NCBI GenBank assembly: GCA_049519355.1
Contig: JBEKQV010000003.1
Location: forward strand, 83,646 to 147,645
DNA: 64,000 bases
Reading direction: 5' to 3'
DNA from: Candidatus Microgenomates bacterium
GTDB lineage: Bacteria > Patescibacteriota > Microgenomatia > UBA8517
Shown: positions 40,173 to 48,946 of the stretch, piece by piece
Layout of the letters: each line of letters begins with the position of its first letter
How positions within the stretch are numbered: position 1 is the stretch's first letter
Program-made: the position numbers and the translations under genes
Notes under the pieces: generated by a model
What the model saw: only the letters and a program-made list of their open reading frames with translations
Database searches by the model: none
What the model was told of the DNA's origin: nothing

Positions 40173-40706
40173 ATGATCCGAAAGATTCTACAATCAAACG
40201 ATCCTCTTTTGCGGAAAAAATCCAAACCGGTGGCAAAAGTGGATAAAAAAGTTGCCAGTATTGTCAAAGATTTAAAAGATACCTTAAGCACGCAGAAAGA
40301 ACCCGAGGGGGTTGGGCTGGCTGCCCCGCAGCTTGGAAAACTTTTGAGGATTTTTGTGGCAAACTATAAGGGTTTTGAAAGAGTTGTGATTAATCCTGAA
40401 ATAATCAATATTGAGAAGCCTTTACCCGAAACAAGCGGAAAACCGGCTAAAAAAGAAATCCTTGAAGGCTGCCTGTCCCTTCCCTATTACTACGGACCAT
40501 TAAAAAGGGCAAGCAAAATAACCGTCAAATACTTAAACGAAAAAGGCGAAGAAGTTGTCGAAACTTTCGAAGGTTTTAACGCCCAAATAATTATGCATGA
40601 GATCGATCACCTTGAAGGAATCCTTTTTATCGACCATCTGATTAAGGAAAAGAAGCCACTATATAAAGTCGAGGGTAATGAATGGGAGGAGGTTGAACTG
40701 ATTTGA
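40173..40706 (+). CDS. def: Peptide deformylase
   Basis: GVGLAAPQLG, EGCLS, HEIDHLEG. Confidence 0.97.
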   Translation: MIRKILQSNDPLLRKKSKPVAKVDKKVASIVKDLKDTLSTQKEPEGVGLAAPQLGKLLRIFVANYKGFERVVINPEIINIEKPLPETSGKPAKKEILEGCLSLPYYYGPLKRASKITVKYLNEKGEEVVETFEGFNAQIIMHEIDHLEGILFIDHLIKEKKPLYKVEGNEWEEVELI

Positions 40707-41584
40707 AAATAGTTTTTTTTGGAACACCCGAATATGTAATGCCAATTCTTACGGCACTTCACAAGAAGTTTGTGACGGGACCGGGAAAGTCCCCAATTGT
40801 TGCTGTTGTTACACAATCACCAAAACCTATCGGTAGAAAACAAATTCTTTCTTATTCTCCGATTGATAAATGGGCCCATGAACATGGAATTCCTATGCAC
40901 TACACAGCTTCCGAGTTGGCTATTGATAAGATTAATGCTGACATTGGAGTGCTGGCTTCGTACGGAGAAATCATTGGCAAAGATATAATTAATCTTTTTC
41001 CTCACGGAATTTTAGTGATTCATCCCTCGCTTTTGCCGAAATATAGAGGTGCCTCGCCGGTCCCGGCCGCAATCGCAGCCGGCGATACACTTACGGGCGT
41101 CACCATTTTCAGAATGGACGAAAAAGTTGATCACGGTCCGGTTATCTCCCAGTTTAAAGAAGAAATCTTACCCCAGGACACAGGTGAAACTTTACGCGCC
41201 AGACTTTTTGAAAGGTCGGCAGAGGTTCTTATTGAACTTTTAGAACCCTACCTCCAGGGCAAAATCACTCCAAAGATCCAAGATGAAACTCAGGCCTCCT
41301 ACACAAAAATTGTAACCAGAGAGGATGGAAAAATTGACTTGAACGAAAAGTCAGCCGAAGAAGCCGATAGATTTATCCGTGCAATGCTACCCTGGCCGGG
41401 AGCTTGGACCCTGGTTCATATTTCCCCAACCGATACCAAAAACCGAAGACTAAAGATTCTAAAAGCACATGTTGAGGAAGGAAAGCTAGTCCTGGATGAA
41501 GTACAACTTGAAGGGAAACTCCCGACAACCTGGAAACAGTTTAAAGAAGGCTACAAGGATGCAACTTTCGAAACCATCGGTTGA
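40703..41584 (+). CDS. fmt: Methionyl-tRNA formyltransferase
   Basis: VFFGTP, HPSLLPKYRGASP, TGVTI, D.GP, RAMLPWPGA. Confidence 0.96.
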   Translation: MKIVFFGTPEYVMPILTALHKKFVTGPGKSPIVAVVTQSPKPIGRKQILSYSPIDKWAHEHGIPMHYTASELAIDKINADIGVLASYGEIIGKDIINLFPHGILVIHPSLLPKYRGASPVPAAIAAGDTLTGVTIFRMDEKVDHGPVISQFKEEILPQDTGETLRARLFERSAEVLIELLEPYLQGKITPKIQDETQASYTKIVTREDGKIDLNEKSAEEADRFIRAMLPWPGAWTLVHISPTDTKNRRLKILKAHVEEGKLVLDEVQLEGKLPTTWKQFKEGYKDATFETIG

Positions 41585-41814
41585 AACTTCTTAATTTTCC
41601 CCGTCTTTCTAAACTTCGAAATACAATCTGCACAAAGTCTCATTTGAGCTTTCTTGCCATTGATCATTACGGCAATTTTCTGGAGATTCGGCTTAAACAT
41701 TCTGAACGTTTTGGGGGCTCTTTTCCTCCATCTTTTTCCAGCAACACCCCTGCCGTGGGTACTTTGCCGGCCGTAAACTATTGTCTTTCCGCAGTTATCA
41801 CACATGTATGCCAT
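41551..41814 (-). CDS. rpmB: 50S ribosomal protein L28
   Basis: CDNCGK...T.RMFKPNLQ...RLCADCI. Confidence 0.92.
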   Translation of the reverse strand: MAYMCDNCGKTIVYGRQSTHGRGVAGKRWRKRAPKTFRMFKPNLQKIAVMINGKKAQMRLCADCISKFRKTGKIKKFQPMVSKVASL

Positions 41815-41862
41815 ATTATTTTTAGCTGTCGTAGATTATACTATTAATCACGCTCAACCGCA

Positions 41863-42525
41863 ATGGAGATTTTATTTCTTATCATCATTGTAATCGGCAT
41901 CGCCATGGCAATAATTACTCACGAAGTTGCCCATGGTTACGTGGCAGACAGACTCGGAGATCCGACGGCAAGGCTCTCAGGCAGACTTACCCTCAATCCA
42001 ATCCCCCACATCGACCTAGTTGGAACAATTATCGTGCCCCTAATTTTCTATTTTTCCCCACTACATATAATATTCGGCTGGGCCAAGCCTGTGCCGATTG
42101 ATCCTTACAACCTGAAAAACCCCAAAAAAGATTTACTCCTGATTTCGTTGGCCGGCCCTGCAACCAATATCGCCTTTGCCGTTATATTGGCCGTATTTTT
42201 GAGAATCCTTATTATAATATTACCCGGAGAAGCCTCCTATGAAATTCTTTCCGGACTATTCGGAAGCTTAATCGGGACAAATGTCCTTTTGGCTGTTTTT
42301 AATCTAATCCCCATTCACCCATTGGACGGAGGCAAAATTTTGGTCGGTATTTTGCCAAATAGGCAGTCCCGTGAAGTCGATGCATTCTTAAACAGATTCG
42401 GCTTGATCCTACTCCTCTTTTTAATCCTACCGATATTTGGCGGCAATTCCCTTATTTCACCCATTGTTGGTCCAATAATGAACTTCGTCCTCCGCATTCT
42501 TATTCCCGGTTTTTCCACAATCTAG
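41863..42525 (+). CDS. Site-2 protease (M50, YwhC-like)
   Basis: HEVAH, GDPTA...GRLTLNP, GWAKPVP, FNLIPIHPLDGG. Confidence 0.93.
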   Translation: MEILFLIIIVIGIAMAIITHEVAHGYVADRLGDPTARLSGRLTLNPIPHIDLVGTIIVPLIFYFSPLHIIFGWAKPVPIDPYNLKNPKKDLLLISLAGPATNIAFAVILAVFLRILIIILPGEASYEILSGLFGSLIGTNVLLAVFNLIPIHPLDGGKILVGILPNRQSREVDAFLNRFGLILLLFLILPIFGGNSLISPIVGPIMNFVLRILIPGFSTI

Positions 42526-42562
42526 TTGTTTTTCACAGTTGACTTTCATGGTATTATTAAAT

Positions 42563-42714
42563 TGACCCTGTAGAGAAGAGTAACGGTTTTAATTTCCTGA
42601 TCAAGTAAATTTAACTTGGGAGGGCGGAGTCCGACCGAAGTCTTTGTACTGAGGAAGGCAGCTCACCCACCTGGATTCTCCAGGAATGCCACCGGACTTT
42701 TCAAAACGGGGTCA
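42563..42714 (+). ncRNA. ssrS: Probable 6S RNA
   Basis: Rod fold by eye: tgaccctgt/acggggtca, gaagagt/acttttc, cggt/accg, ttcctg/caggaa, A/U-rich central bubble, then gggagggc/gctcaccc; extended -10 TGgTATTAT upstream and T6 downstream. Confidence 0.75.
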
Positions 42715-42727
42715 TTTTTTGGCAAAA

Positions 42728-42815
42728 TGGTGCTGAGGTCAGGATTCGAACCTGAGTAGCCCTTTCGGACGCGAGATTTACAGTCTCGTGCGTTTGACCG
42801 CTCCGCCACCTCAGC
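42728..42815 (-). tRNA. tRNA-Tyr(GUA), long variable arm, CCA encoded
   Basis: GCTGAGG acceptor stem, anticodon arm CGAGA-CTGTAAA-TCTCG, GGTTCGAATCC. Confidence 0.96.
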
Positions 42816-42838
42816 GCAATGATTATTATACTTCTTTG

Positions 42839-42910
42839 AGCCGACGAGAGGATTCGAACCTCTGACTTGCTGTTTACAAAACAGCTACTCTACCGCTGAG
42901 TTACGCCGGC
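42839..42910 (-). tRNA. tRNA-Thr(UGU)
   Basis: GCCGGCG acceptor stem, GCTGT-TTTGTAA-ACAGC, GGTTCGAATCC. Confidence 0.95.
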
Positions 42911-42954
42911 TTATGGCTGTATTATAGCTTATTTCGAGCGTATAATTCCATCGT

Positions 42955-43995
42955 ATGAAGACTTCCGACTTCAACTACGAATTGCCAAGAAATCTCATTG
43001 CCAATTCCCCCGCCAAACCCCGCGATTACTCAAGACTAATGGTAATTGACCGGAAAACCGGCCAAATTTCCCATCACAGGTTTTATGAAATCGAAAAATT
43101 CTTAAGGCCAAACGACGTTTTGGTTCTAAATAAAACCAAAGTATTCCCCGCCAGACTATTTGCAAAAAAGATAACCGGCGGTAAAGTTGAGCTGCTTTTT
43201 ATTGATGAGGTTAAACCCGAAGTTTGGAGGGCAATGACTCACCCGGGGCTTAAAAAAGGATCCCAAATTACATTCAAAAAGTATATTTTCGATGTCGCAG
43301 GCCAGGAAGGTATGACCGCAATTATCAACACAAAAATGGATAAGGATGCGGTTTTGAAACTGCTAAAGGTTTTTGGTAATACCCCGCTTCCCCCATATAT
43401 CCATACAAAAGAGACGGAAGGAAAATTAAGAAAGGAGTACCAAACGGTTTATGCAAAGCTGACAGGCTCGGTTGCCGCACCCACAGCCGGATTCCACTTT
43501 ACCGAAAGGTTACTTACAAGATTAAAGAAAAAGGGAGTCCAGATTGAATACGTCACACTCCATGTCGGCATTGGAACCTTTGCACCGGTCAAAACCAAAA
43601 CTCTTGAGGAACACAAAATGCATGAAGAGGAGTTTTTTGTGGATAAACCAACCTTCGGCAGGTTAATCCGTGCGAAAAAGGAGGGAAAAAGGATTGTTGC
43701 CGTGGGAACAACTTCAACCAGAGTTTTGGAAACCATAACTCCCAAGAAACTATCCGGCTCGACCAACATTTTTATTTATCCACCTTACAAATTCAAGTTC
43801 GTCGATGCCTTAATCACCAATTTTCACCTCCCCGCCTCAACTCTATTGGCTTTGGTTTCAGCATTCGTAAGTTACCCAAATACGAAAGAAAAATTCAATG
43901 ACTTTAGTTCATCTCTAATGGGAAGAGCTTACCAAGAAGCTATCAAAGAAAAGTACCGGTTTTACTCCTTTGGAGATTCATCGCTTATTATCTGA
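42955..43995 (+). CDS. queA: S-adenosylmethionine:tRNA ribosyltransferase-isomerase
   Basis: DFNYELP, PLPPYI, YQTVYA, GSVAAPTAGFHF, TNFHLP, YRFYSFGD. Confidence 0.97.
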   Translation: MKTSDFNYELPRNLIANSPAKPRDYSRLMVIDRKTGQISHHRFYEIEKFLRPNDVLVLNKTKVFPARLFAKKITGGKVELLFIDEVKPEVWRAMTHPGLKKGSQITFKKYIFDVAGQEGMTAIINTKMDKDAVLKLLKVFGNTPLPPYIHTKETEGKLRKEYQTVYAKLTGSVAAPTAGFHFTERLLTRLKKKGVQIEYVTLHVGIGTFAPVKTKTLEEHKMHEEEFFVDKPTFGRLIRAKKEGKRIVAVGTTSTRVLETITPKKLSGSTNIFIYPPYKFKFVDALITNFHLPASTLLALVSAFVSYPNTKEKFNDFSSSLMGRAYQEAIKEKYRFYSFGDSSLII

Positions 43996-44066
43996 GCCTG
44001 AGGTGAGGATTGAACTCACGACCCCGTACTTACCAAGTACGTGCTCTACCACTGAGCTACCCAGGC
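43995..44066 (-). tRNA. tRNA-Thr(GGU)
   Basis: GCCTGGG acceptor stem, CGTAC-TTGGTAA-GTACG, GAGTTCAATCCTC. Confidence 0.95.
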
Positions 44067-44136
44067 ATTCGATGACAATTATATCAGAATAACAAGCTTG
44101 CCACTACGCTTCGCTTCATGCTACAATACCGTTCGT

Positions 44137-44322
44137 ATGGCAAAAAAAGGAGCCCGTGAACTCGTCGCTTTAAATTGTTCCATTTGTAAAAACCAAAACT
44201 ACATTACAACCAGGAACAAGGTTAACATGGACACCAAAGGCAAGGGCAAGCTGGGACTCATGAAATACTGCAAGTTCTGCAAGAAAGTTCAACTTCACAA
44301 AGAGTCCTCAAAGCTAAAATAA
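44137..44322 (+). CDS. rpmG: 50S ribosomal protein L33 (zinc-binding type)
   Basis: LNCSIC...NYITTRNK...KYCKFC...LHKE; start placed at MAKKG. Confidence 0.95.
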   Translation: MAKKGARELVALNCSICKNQNYITTRNKVNMDTKGKGKLGLMKYCKFCKKVQLHKESSKLK

Positions 44323-44333
44323 GAAGTAACTTA

Positions 44334-44852
44334 TTAATCCAACGGGTGCTCAACAGAACTTTTGAAACCCGGGGCGGGGTTTTCGGGAACAATTTGAGAA
44401 GCCGCTTTTCTAATAGCAGCCATATTCATATTCACCTTTTCACCCATATTTCTATCGAAGTAATGATCCAAGCGGTCATTAAGGATATCAATTAGGGTAT
44501 TATCCTTCATGTCCTGTGACTGTATTCCTATTTTTTCGCAAATAGAAGCTTTTATCTCCCCGAAGATGGTGATTGAGTTTGCCTTTTCAGCACCACTTTT
44601 AGTAGCAGACTGGTACAGGCTCATCACTCTTCCAAGAACTACGGCATCAAGATAAGACCTAACTTCGGGCATTTGCTGTATAGCAACAAAGGCCCCTCCC
44701 TCACCGCCGGCAGCCAGCTGTGGTAGTACGTGTGCATGGGCCAAACCCAGGTCAAAGACAGCACTAGCCTCAGAAATATTAAGTTCTGTGCCGGATTGAA
44801 TCTTCTGGCCGATAGCTTTATAATCGAATGGCAATTTAAGCTCAGGTGACAT
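44334..44852 (-). CDS. Hypothetical protein
   Basis: 172-aa ORF with a TACAAT box just upstream; no recognisable motif. Confidence 0.6.
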   Translation of the reverse strand: MSPELKLPFDYKAIGQKIQSGTELNISEASAVFDLGLAHAHVLPQLAAGGEGGAFVAIQQMPEVRSYLDAVVLGRVMSLYQSATKSGAEKANSITIFGEIKASICEKIGIQSQDMKDNTLIDILNDRLDHYFDRNMGEKVNMNMAAIRKAASQIVPENPAPGFKSSVEHPLD

Positions 44853-44900
44853 AATTGTATAGGGAATTTTACACTATAGGAGAAGAAAGTCAATATTTTT

Positions 44901-45491
44901 ATGTTTCGCGATACAGAAGGGCGTACCGGCCCATACATTCAGGCAAATTTTAATCCGGACAGCCAACACTTTGGCGAGATGCTCCGGAGATCGTCTTTTT
45001 CCATTCTCGATGTGGGTTGCGGCGAGAAACCAAGACTTTCTTGGGCCTTGAGTGCGGGTGATCTTTGGGTGGGTTGTGATCCTGCAGCCACAAATGGAAT
45101 CGTAATTAAAGGCGAACGCCCGGTCAGGCAAAGCGCAGGTCTCGTCGTTTTTCCTTACACGGCAGATGAAATTCCCCTTTTCAAACCGGATGTCATATCA
45201 GTTATCGCACCCAATCAGGAGGACATCGTCAAAGGGCGCGTTTTCAACGACGGATTGGAGAAACTTCTTGATCCGGGAAAGGAGCAAACAATGGTTGTTT
45301 TATTAGATACAAGAACGCATGAATCACAAACTTTTCAGGAAGAGGCGAAACACTTTATAAGCAGATGGAGAAGGGAAAACGGATTCAAACCTGATGCCGA
45401 AAATCCGGTTTTGGATAAATTCAGACTCAATTCGGCTGATGCCGGGGCAAAAAATATTCGTTTTTGTTACATCCGCAACTCCTCACGATAG
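44901..45491 (+). CDS. Hypothetical protein with a class I SAM-methyltransferase motif I
   Basis: SILDVGCG...WVGCDP. Confidence 0.55.
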   Translation: MFRDTEGRTGPYIQANFNPDSQHFGEMLRRSSFSILDVGCGEKPRLSWALSAGDLWVGCDPAATNGIVIKGERPVRQSAGLVVFPYTADEIPLFKPDVISVIAPNQEDIVKGRVFNDGLEKLLDPGKEQTMVVLLDTRTHESQTFQEEAKHFISRWRRENGFKPDAENPVLDKFRLNSADAGAKNIRFCYIRNSSR

Positions 45492-45543
45492 GCAAAATAG
45501 CAACGATTGCTGATATAATATAGCCATAGGCTGGCACACTCGT

Positions 45544-45614
45544 AGGCCGATAGGTAAATGGTATACCGGTGGTCTCCAAAACCATCATTGGGGGTCCGAT
45601 TCCCTCTCGGCCTG
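45544..45614 (+). tRNA. tRNA-Trp(CCA)
   Basis: AGGCCGA/TCGGCCT acceptor stem, GTGGT-CTCCAAA-ACCAT; T-loop reads TCCGATT; CCA end not encoded. Confidence 0.9.
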
Positions 45615-45630
45615 CACCTTAGTTTCAAAA

Positions 45631-46335
45631 TTACGATTTAAACACATCAATACCGTGAAGCGTTAACTCTCCGCTTTTATTCTTAGTTCTACGTAATTGT
45701 TCATTCTTCTTAAGCATTTTTCTATAAACTCCAGGCAGTTTTCTTCTCAAAAATACTTTGGTCCCTTCATAGGCCTTATATTCCCATTGGTATTTTGAGC
45801 TGTTCAGTCGTTTCACAAGCCTCTGTACCACTGGATCATCATACTTATTTATAATACCTTCAATCGATATAAAGCTTGTGCGAATTTCTCTTGGGACACT
45901 AGATAAAATATCTCTGACAAATTTTTCGTGTGTTCGGAAAGAAATACTCGCAACGTTTGACCATCCTTTCTCTTTACTAAGTTTTGAGAGTGTTCCTATT
46001 TCCTCCTCTGTATTATATTCTTCTTCATTCATGAAAATATTCTCTTTTGGTACATTGTATTTATTCACCAACTCATCCATTATTACCGATGCTGTAGAAG
46101 GATACGATGGCCCCTTTACTTTTCCCCCAACTACCACAATGTTCCTTGCTAATCCCTCATAATACAAAAGCGCTGCTGCTCTGGCCGCTAAACGGGAGCG
46201 AAGGCTTCCTTTAAAGGGTTCTTGCTCGGCTGAAGGGTCTTTTATTCGTGAAATCAAAAAGCTATGGACCAATATTGCATCAAATTGCGGTCTTTGCTCC
46301 GTTTCTACAGTTGGATTTACACTTTCGCCTTCCAT
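45631..46335 (-). CDS. YdcF/DUF218 (ElyC/SanA-like) protein
   Basis: FDAILV, R..AAALLY, IVVVGG, NVPKENI, NTEEE, H at SFRTH. Confidence 0.75.
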   Translation of the reverse strand: MEGESVNPTVETEQRPQFDAILVHSFLISRIKDPSAEQEPFKGSLRSRLAARAAALLYYEGLARNIVVVGGKVKGPSYPSTASVIMDELVNKYNVPKENIFMNEEEYNTEEEIGTLSKLSKEKGWSNVASISFRTHEKFVRDILSSVPREIRTSFISIEGIINKYDDPVVQRLVKRLNSSKYQWEYKAYEGTKVFLRRKLPGVYRKMLKKNEQLRRTKNKSGELTLHGIDVFKS

Positions 46336-46526
46336 ACCGAAATTATACTACGGCAGTACTATAAGGAAAAACCGGTTGAGGATTAAGAAACTTCTGAACT
46401 TTATCTATATCAAACAGGCTCATACTATTCCAGATTGTTCGAAGTTCGGCTACTAAGGCCTGCAAAACTAAATAATCTATTCTCTTCTCTTGATTATTTA
46501 GCCTCCCTAATATAGACTTCCCCAAA

Positions 46527-47096
46527 ATGGGAAGCGAAATTATCCTAAGCTCAAAAGAGCTAATTCATGGAACAACAATCACCGTAAATCGCCTTAGAGT
46601 CACGGGTGCTAATCACTTTGGCAGACCGAAAACGGAAATGGCTGATACGCAAACATTTCAAGACCTCAGAATAGCATTAGTTTGGGTGGCCGAATCACCT
46701 GAGTACTCACACTACTTTAGCATCCCACTTACCGGTGTCCAAATATCCGGAGAGTTATTTGGACCCAGGTATAAAGATCACGAAATGTTGGCCATTAGAC
46801 ATAACGGCAAGGTTGGTGAATCTATGAGGGATGTAGAAGGGCATCATGGTGTCTCAACGGATCACAGCGATGATTTTTTCGATTTAATAGTCAATCTTGA
46901 GCCAAACCAGGGTCCTCTTTTCGACCGCGGTGTCGTGTGGGTTGATATAGCCAAAAAAAACCCTGACCCTTTATTGAAGTTTCATATTAACGCAGGTATT
47001 CACACTCCAGAAGAGATAGAGGCGGGCATAACCCAAATGGCATCACGGGTAAACCAAGTTTTAGGCAATCTGGTTCAGGGAATGGGAATCCTATAA
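46527..47096 (+). CDS. Hypothetical protein
   Basis: 189-aa ORF; no recognisable motif. Confidence 0.6.
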   Translation: MGSEIILSSKELIHGTTITVNRLRVTGANHFGRPKTEMADTQTFQDLRIALVWVAESPEYSHYFSIPLTGVQISGELFGPRYKDHEMLAIRHNGKVGESMRDVEGHHGVSTDHSDDFFDLIVNLEPNQGPLFDRGVVWVDIAKKNPDPLLKFHINAGIHTPEEIEAGITQMASRVNQVLGNLVQGMGIL

Positions 47097-47145
47097 TAAT
47101 ACCACGCATCAAATTGTTTGAGGCTGTATATTAAAGCCTGCAGAG

Positions 47146-48162
47146 TTACTTCTCGACTCCAAACCTCTTCACTGCTGAGGATATAATTTCACCAACCACC
47201 TTCACCGGGGTAAACCCTGCAACCCTCGCCGCGAGAGGAAAATAACTTGTTACGTTTGGATCGAAATTAAGGCCCGGGAGAGTGTTAACTTCGAGGAAAT
47301 AAAGCCTTCCTTTTTTGTCCATTCTATAATCAATTCTTGCTGCGTCTCTAACATTCAAAAAGTCAAAAATTGTCAACGACGTCGATTCAATTAATTCTTT
47401 CTCCTTTTTTGTAAGATGAGCCGGACAGTCGTAGGCATCCGACAGGTTTTTAAGTTTATCCTCAAAAAACCATTTTAATTCATACCCTGCAATTTTTTTA
47501 TAACCCTTGGGAAGAAAGTCAAATTTTTGCTCGACAATCGGTAAAACCCTCGGTTTTCCTCCCAAAAGGGCCACCGTGAATTCCCGCCCGTCAATAAATT
47601 CCTCAACCAATGTCGATCCGAAATTTTTGATCATAAACCTTGCCCGTTCTTCCAAATCCTTTTTGTTGTCAACTACATTTTTGTCATAAACTCCTTTACT
47701 CGAGCCTTCCATGTTTGGTTTAAGGATAAGCGGAAAATTTAAATTGATATCCGAAAGCTCCTTAAGTGAACTAATTACTTCCCAATCCGGAACACAAACA
47801 TCATCGGCTTTGAGAATCTTTTTAGTAATGGATTTATTTAAACACGTCGCGTGGACGCTGGGAGTCGAATGGGTATAAGGGATTTCCAACATTTCACAAA
47901 AGATCGGAATCTGCGATTCTCTGGCATCCCCTCGAAGACCCTCGGCAATATTGAAAACCAAGTCAATCTTTCCCTTCAAACTTCTAAGTTTATCGAATGC
48001 ATCTAAGTTTGCTTCAACCATCGTAACTTCATGACCAAGTTCCTCGATCGCCGTTTTAATCAAACCGATGGTTATCGGAAAGTCAAACTCAGCATCTTCT
48101 TGCTCTTTGGGGTTAAGCGAAGGCGACCCCTTTTTTACATTAAAGGCCAGGGCAATTCTCAT
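47146..48162 (-). CDS. D-Ala-D-Ala ligase-like ATP-grasp enzyme
   Basis: VFNIAEG..G..RESQIP, PLILKPNMEGSSKG, EEFIDGREFTV, RIDYR, FLEVNTLPG. Confidence 0.9.
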   Translation of the reverse strand: MRIALAFNVKKGSPSLNPKEQEDAEFDFPITIGLIKTAIEELGHEVTMVEANLDAFDKLRSLKGKIDLVFNIAEGLRGDARESQIPIFCEMLEIPYTHSTPSVHATCLNKSITKKILKADDVCVPDWEVISSLKELSDINLNFPLILKPNMEGSSKGVYDKNVVDNKKDLEERARFMIKNFGSTLVEEFIDGREFTVALLGGKPRVLPIVEQKFDFLPKGYKKIAGYELKWFFEDKLKNLSDAYDCPAHLTKKEKELIESTSLTIFDFLNVRDAARIDYRMDKKGRLYFLEVNTLPGLNFDPNVTSYFPLAARVAGFTPVKVVGEIISSAVKRFGVEK

Positions 48163-48224
48163 TTCATGGAGGTTATGTTAGAAGACAAAGGATCCTCGCC
48201 GTCAGAGGAAGTTGTAATAATCAT
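48159..48224 (-). CDS. Putative 21-aa peptide MIITTSSDGEDPLSSNITSMK, coupled to the ligase start
   Basis: ATG lies 9 nt after TATAAT; its TGA overlaps the ligase ATG (ATGA). Confidence 0.35.
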   Translation of the reverse strand: MIITTSSDGEDPLSSNITSMK

Positions 48225-48272
48225 AATGAACAGATTATATAACATTGGTATTTAATTAAAACAAGAAGTTAT

Positions 48273-48911
48273 TTAGGAAGCCTTCATGCCGAGTTTCCTA
48301 GGCCAATTCTCCCCTTTCGGAGCTATTATGAAAAGCATTTTTTTGTCGGTTACACTTTTCTTTCCGATTATATTTACATCCCACCATCTTTTCTCGAAGT
48401 CTTTAAGTTTAAACTTTCTGTCAACCCCGGCGAATTTGAAAAAGGGATCCGCAAGTCTTAGATAACCCGCTTCTCTATTTACCCTGGTCACCACACAGTA
48501 ATGACCATTGTCGCCATCCGCGTATTCGTAGAAAACTCCTTGCCACTCGACTCCCACAGGATACTGGTACTTATTTACAATTAGGGATAGGTTGGAAATC
48601 GTAGAATTGGCCTTCCTCCAAAAAACAAACTTGCCCTTGCCGAGTTTTTTAACCGACGACCCTAATTCGTCGACGTTCAAACCGGTGCTTTTTATCTTCC
48701 CACCGGCTCTAATCGATCTGACCACGAGCGCCTGGGAAACCTTATAACCCAAAAAGGAAAAAAGAGTTTCAATTACGGCCGGCCCGCAGTGGGAAGAGGT
48801 AACTTGCTTCGCTCTTTTCATCTTGGGGAAAGGCTTGCCTACAACCTTATCCTCAAGCTGAAGCAGCCTGCGGACGAGCCTCCTGGTTTTGGGGTTTTTC
48901 TCGAGTGGCAT
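48273..48911 (-). CDS. Papain-fold cysteine peptidase (C39-like), stand-alone, no signal peptide
   Basis: Q..SSHCGPA, GHYCVV, LADP catalytic triad; F...WW. Confidence 0.85.
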   Translation of the reverse strand: MPLEKNPKTRRLVRRLLQLEDKVVGKPFPKMKRAKQVTSSHCGPAVIETLFSFLGYKVSQALVVRSIRAGGKIKSTGLNVDELGSSVKKLGKGKFVFWRKANSTISNLSLIVNKYQYPVGVEWQGVFYEYADGDNGHYCVVTRVNREAGYLRLADPFFKFAGVDRKFKLKDFEKRWWDVNIIGKKSVTDKKMLFIIAPKGENWPRKLGMKAS

Positions 48912-48946
48912 AATTGGCCTATTCTAGGACTAGAAGTCAAATTTGT

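Noticed and set aside
41551-41584. Convergent 3' overlaps (fmt/rpmB; also GT4/kinase and rpsU/rnhB)
   Set aside because: Short tail overlaps are ordinary in compact genomes
42570-42600. AGAGAAGAGTA resembling the start of a T-box leader
   Set aside because: No T-box AAGGTGGTACC-type antiterminator and no downstream co-oriented gene; the end-to-end rod fold fits 6S RNA better
46343-46525. 60-aa minus-strand ORF between the DUF218 gene and an ORFan
   Set aside because: Short, non-ATG start, no motif; may be a gene fragment but cannot be supported
47146-48162. Calling this gene ddl or a van-type resistance ligase
   Set aside because: N-terminal motifs (FNIAEG..G..RES rather than LHG..GEDG) and context do not fit canonical Ddl or Van ligases
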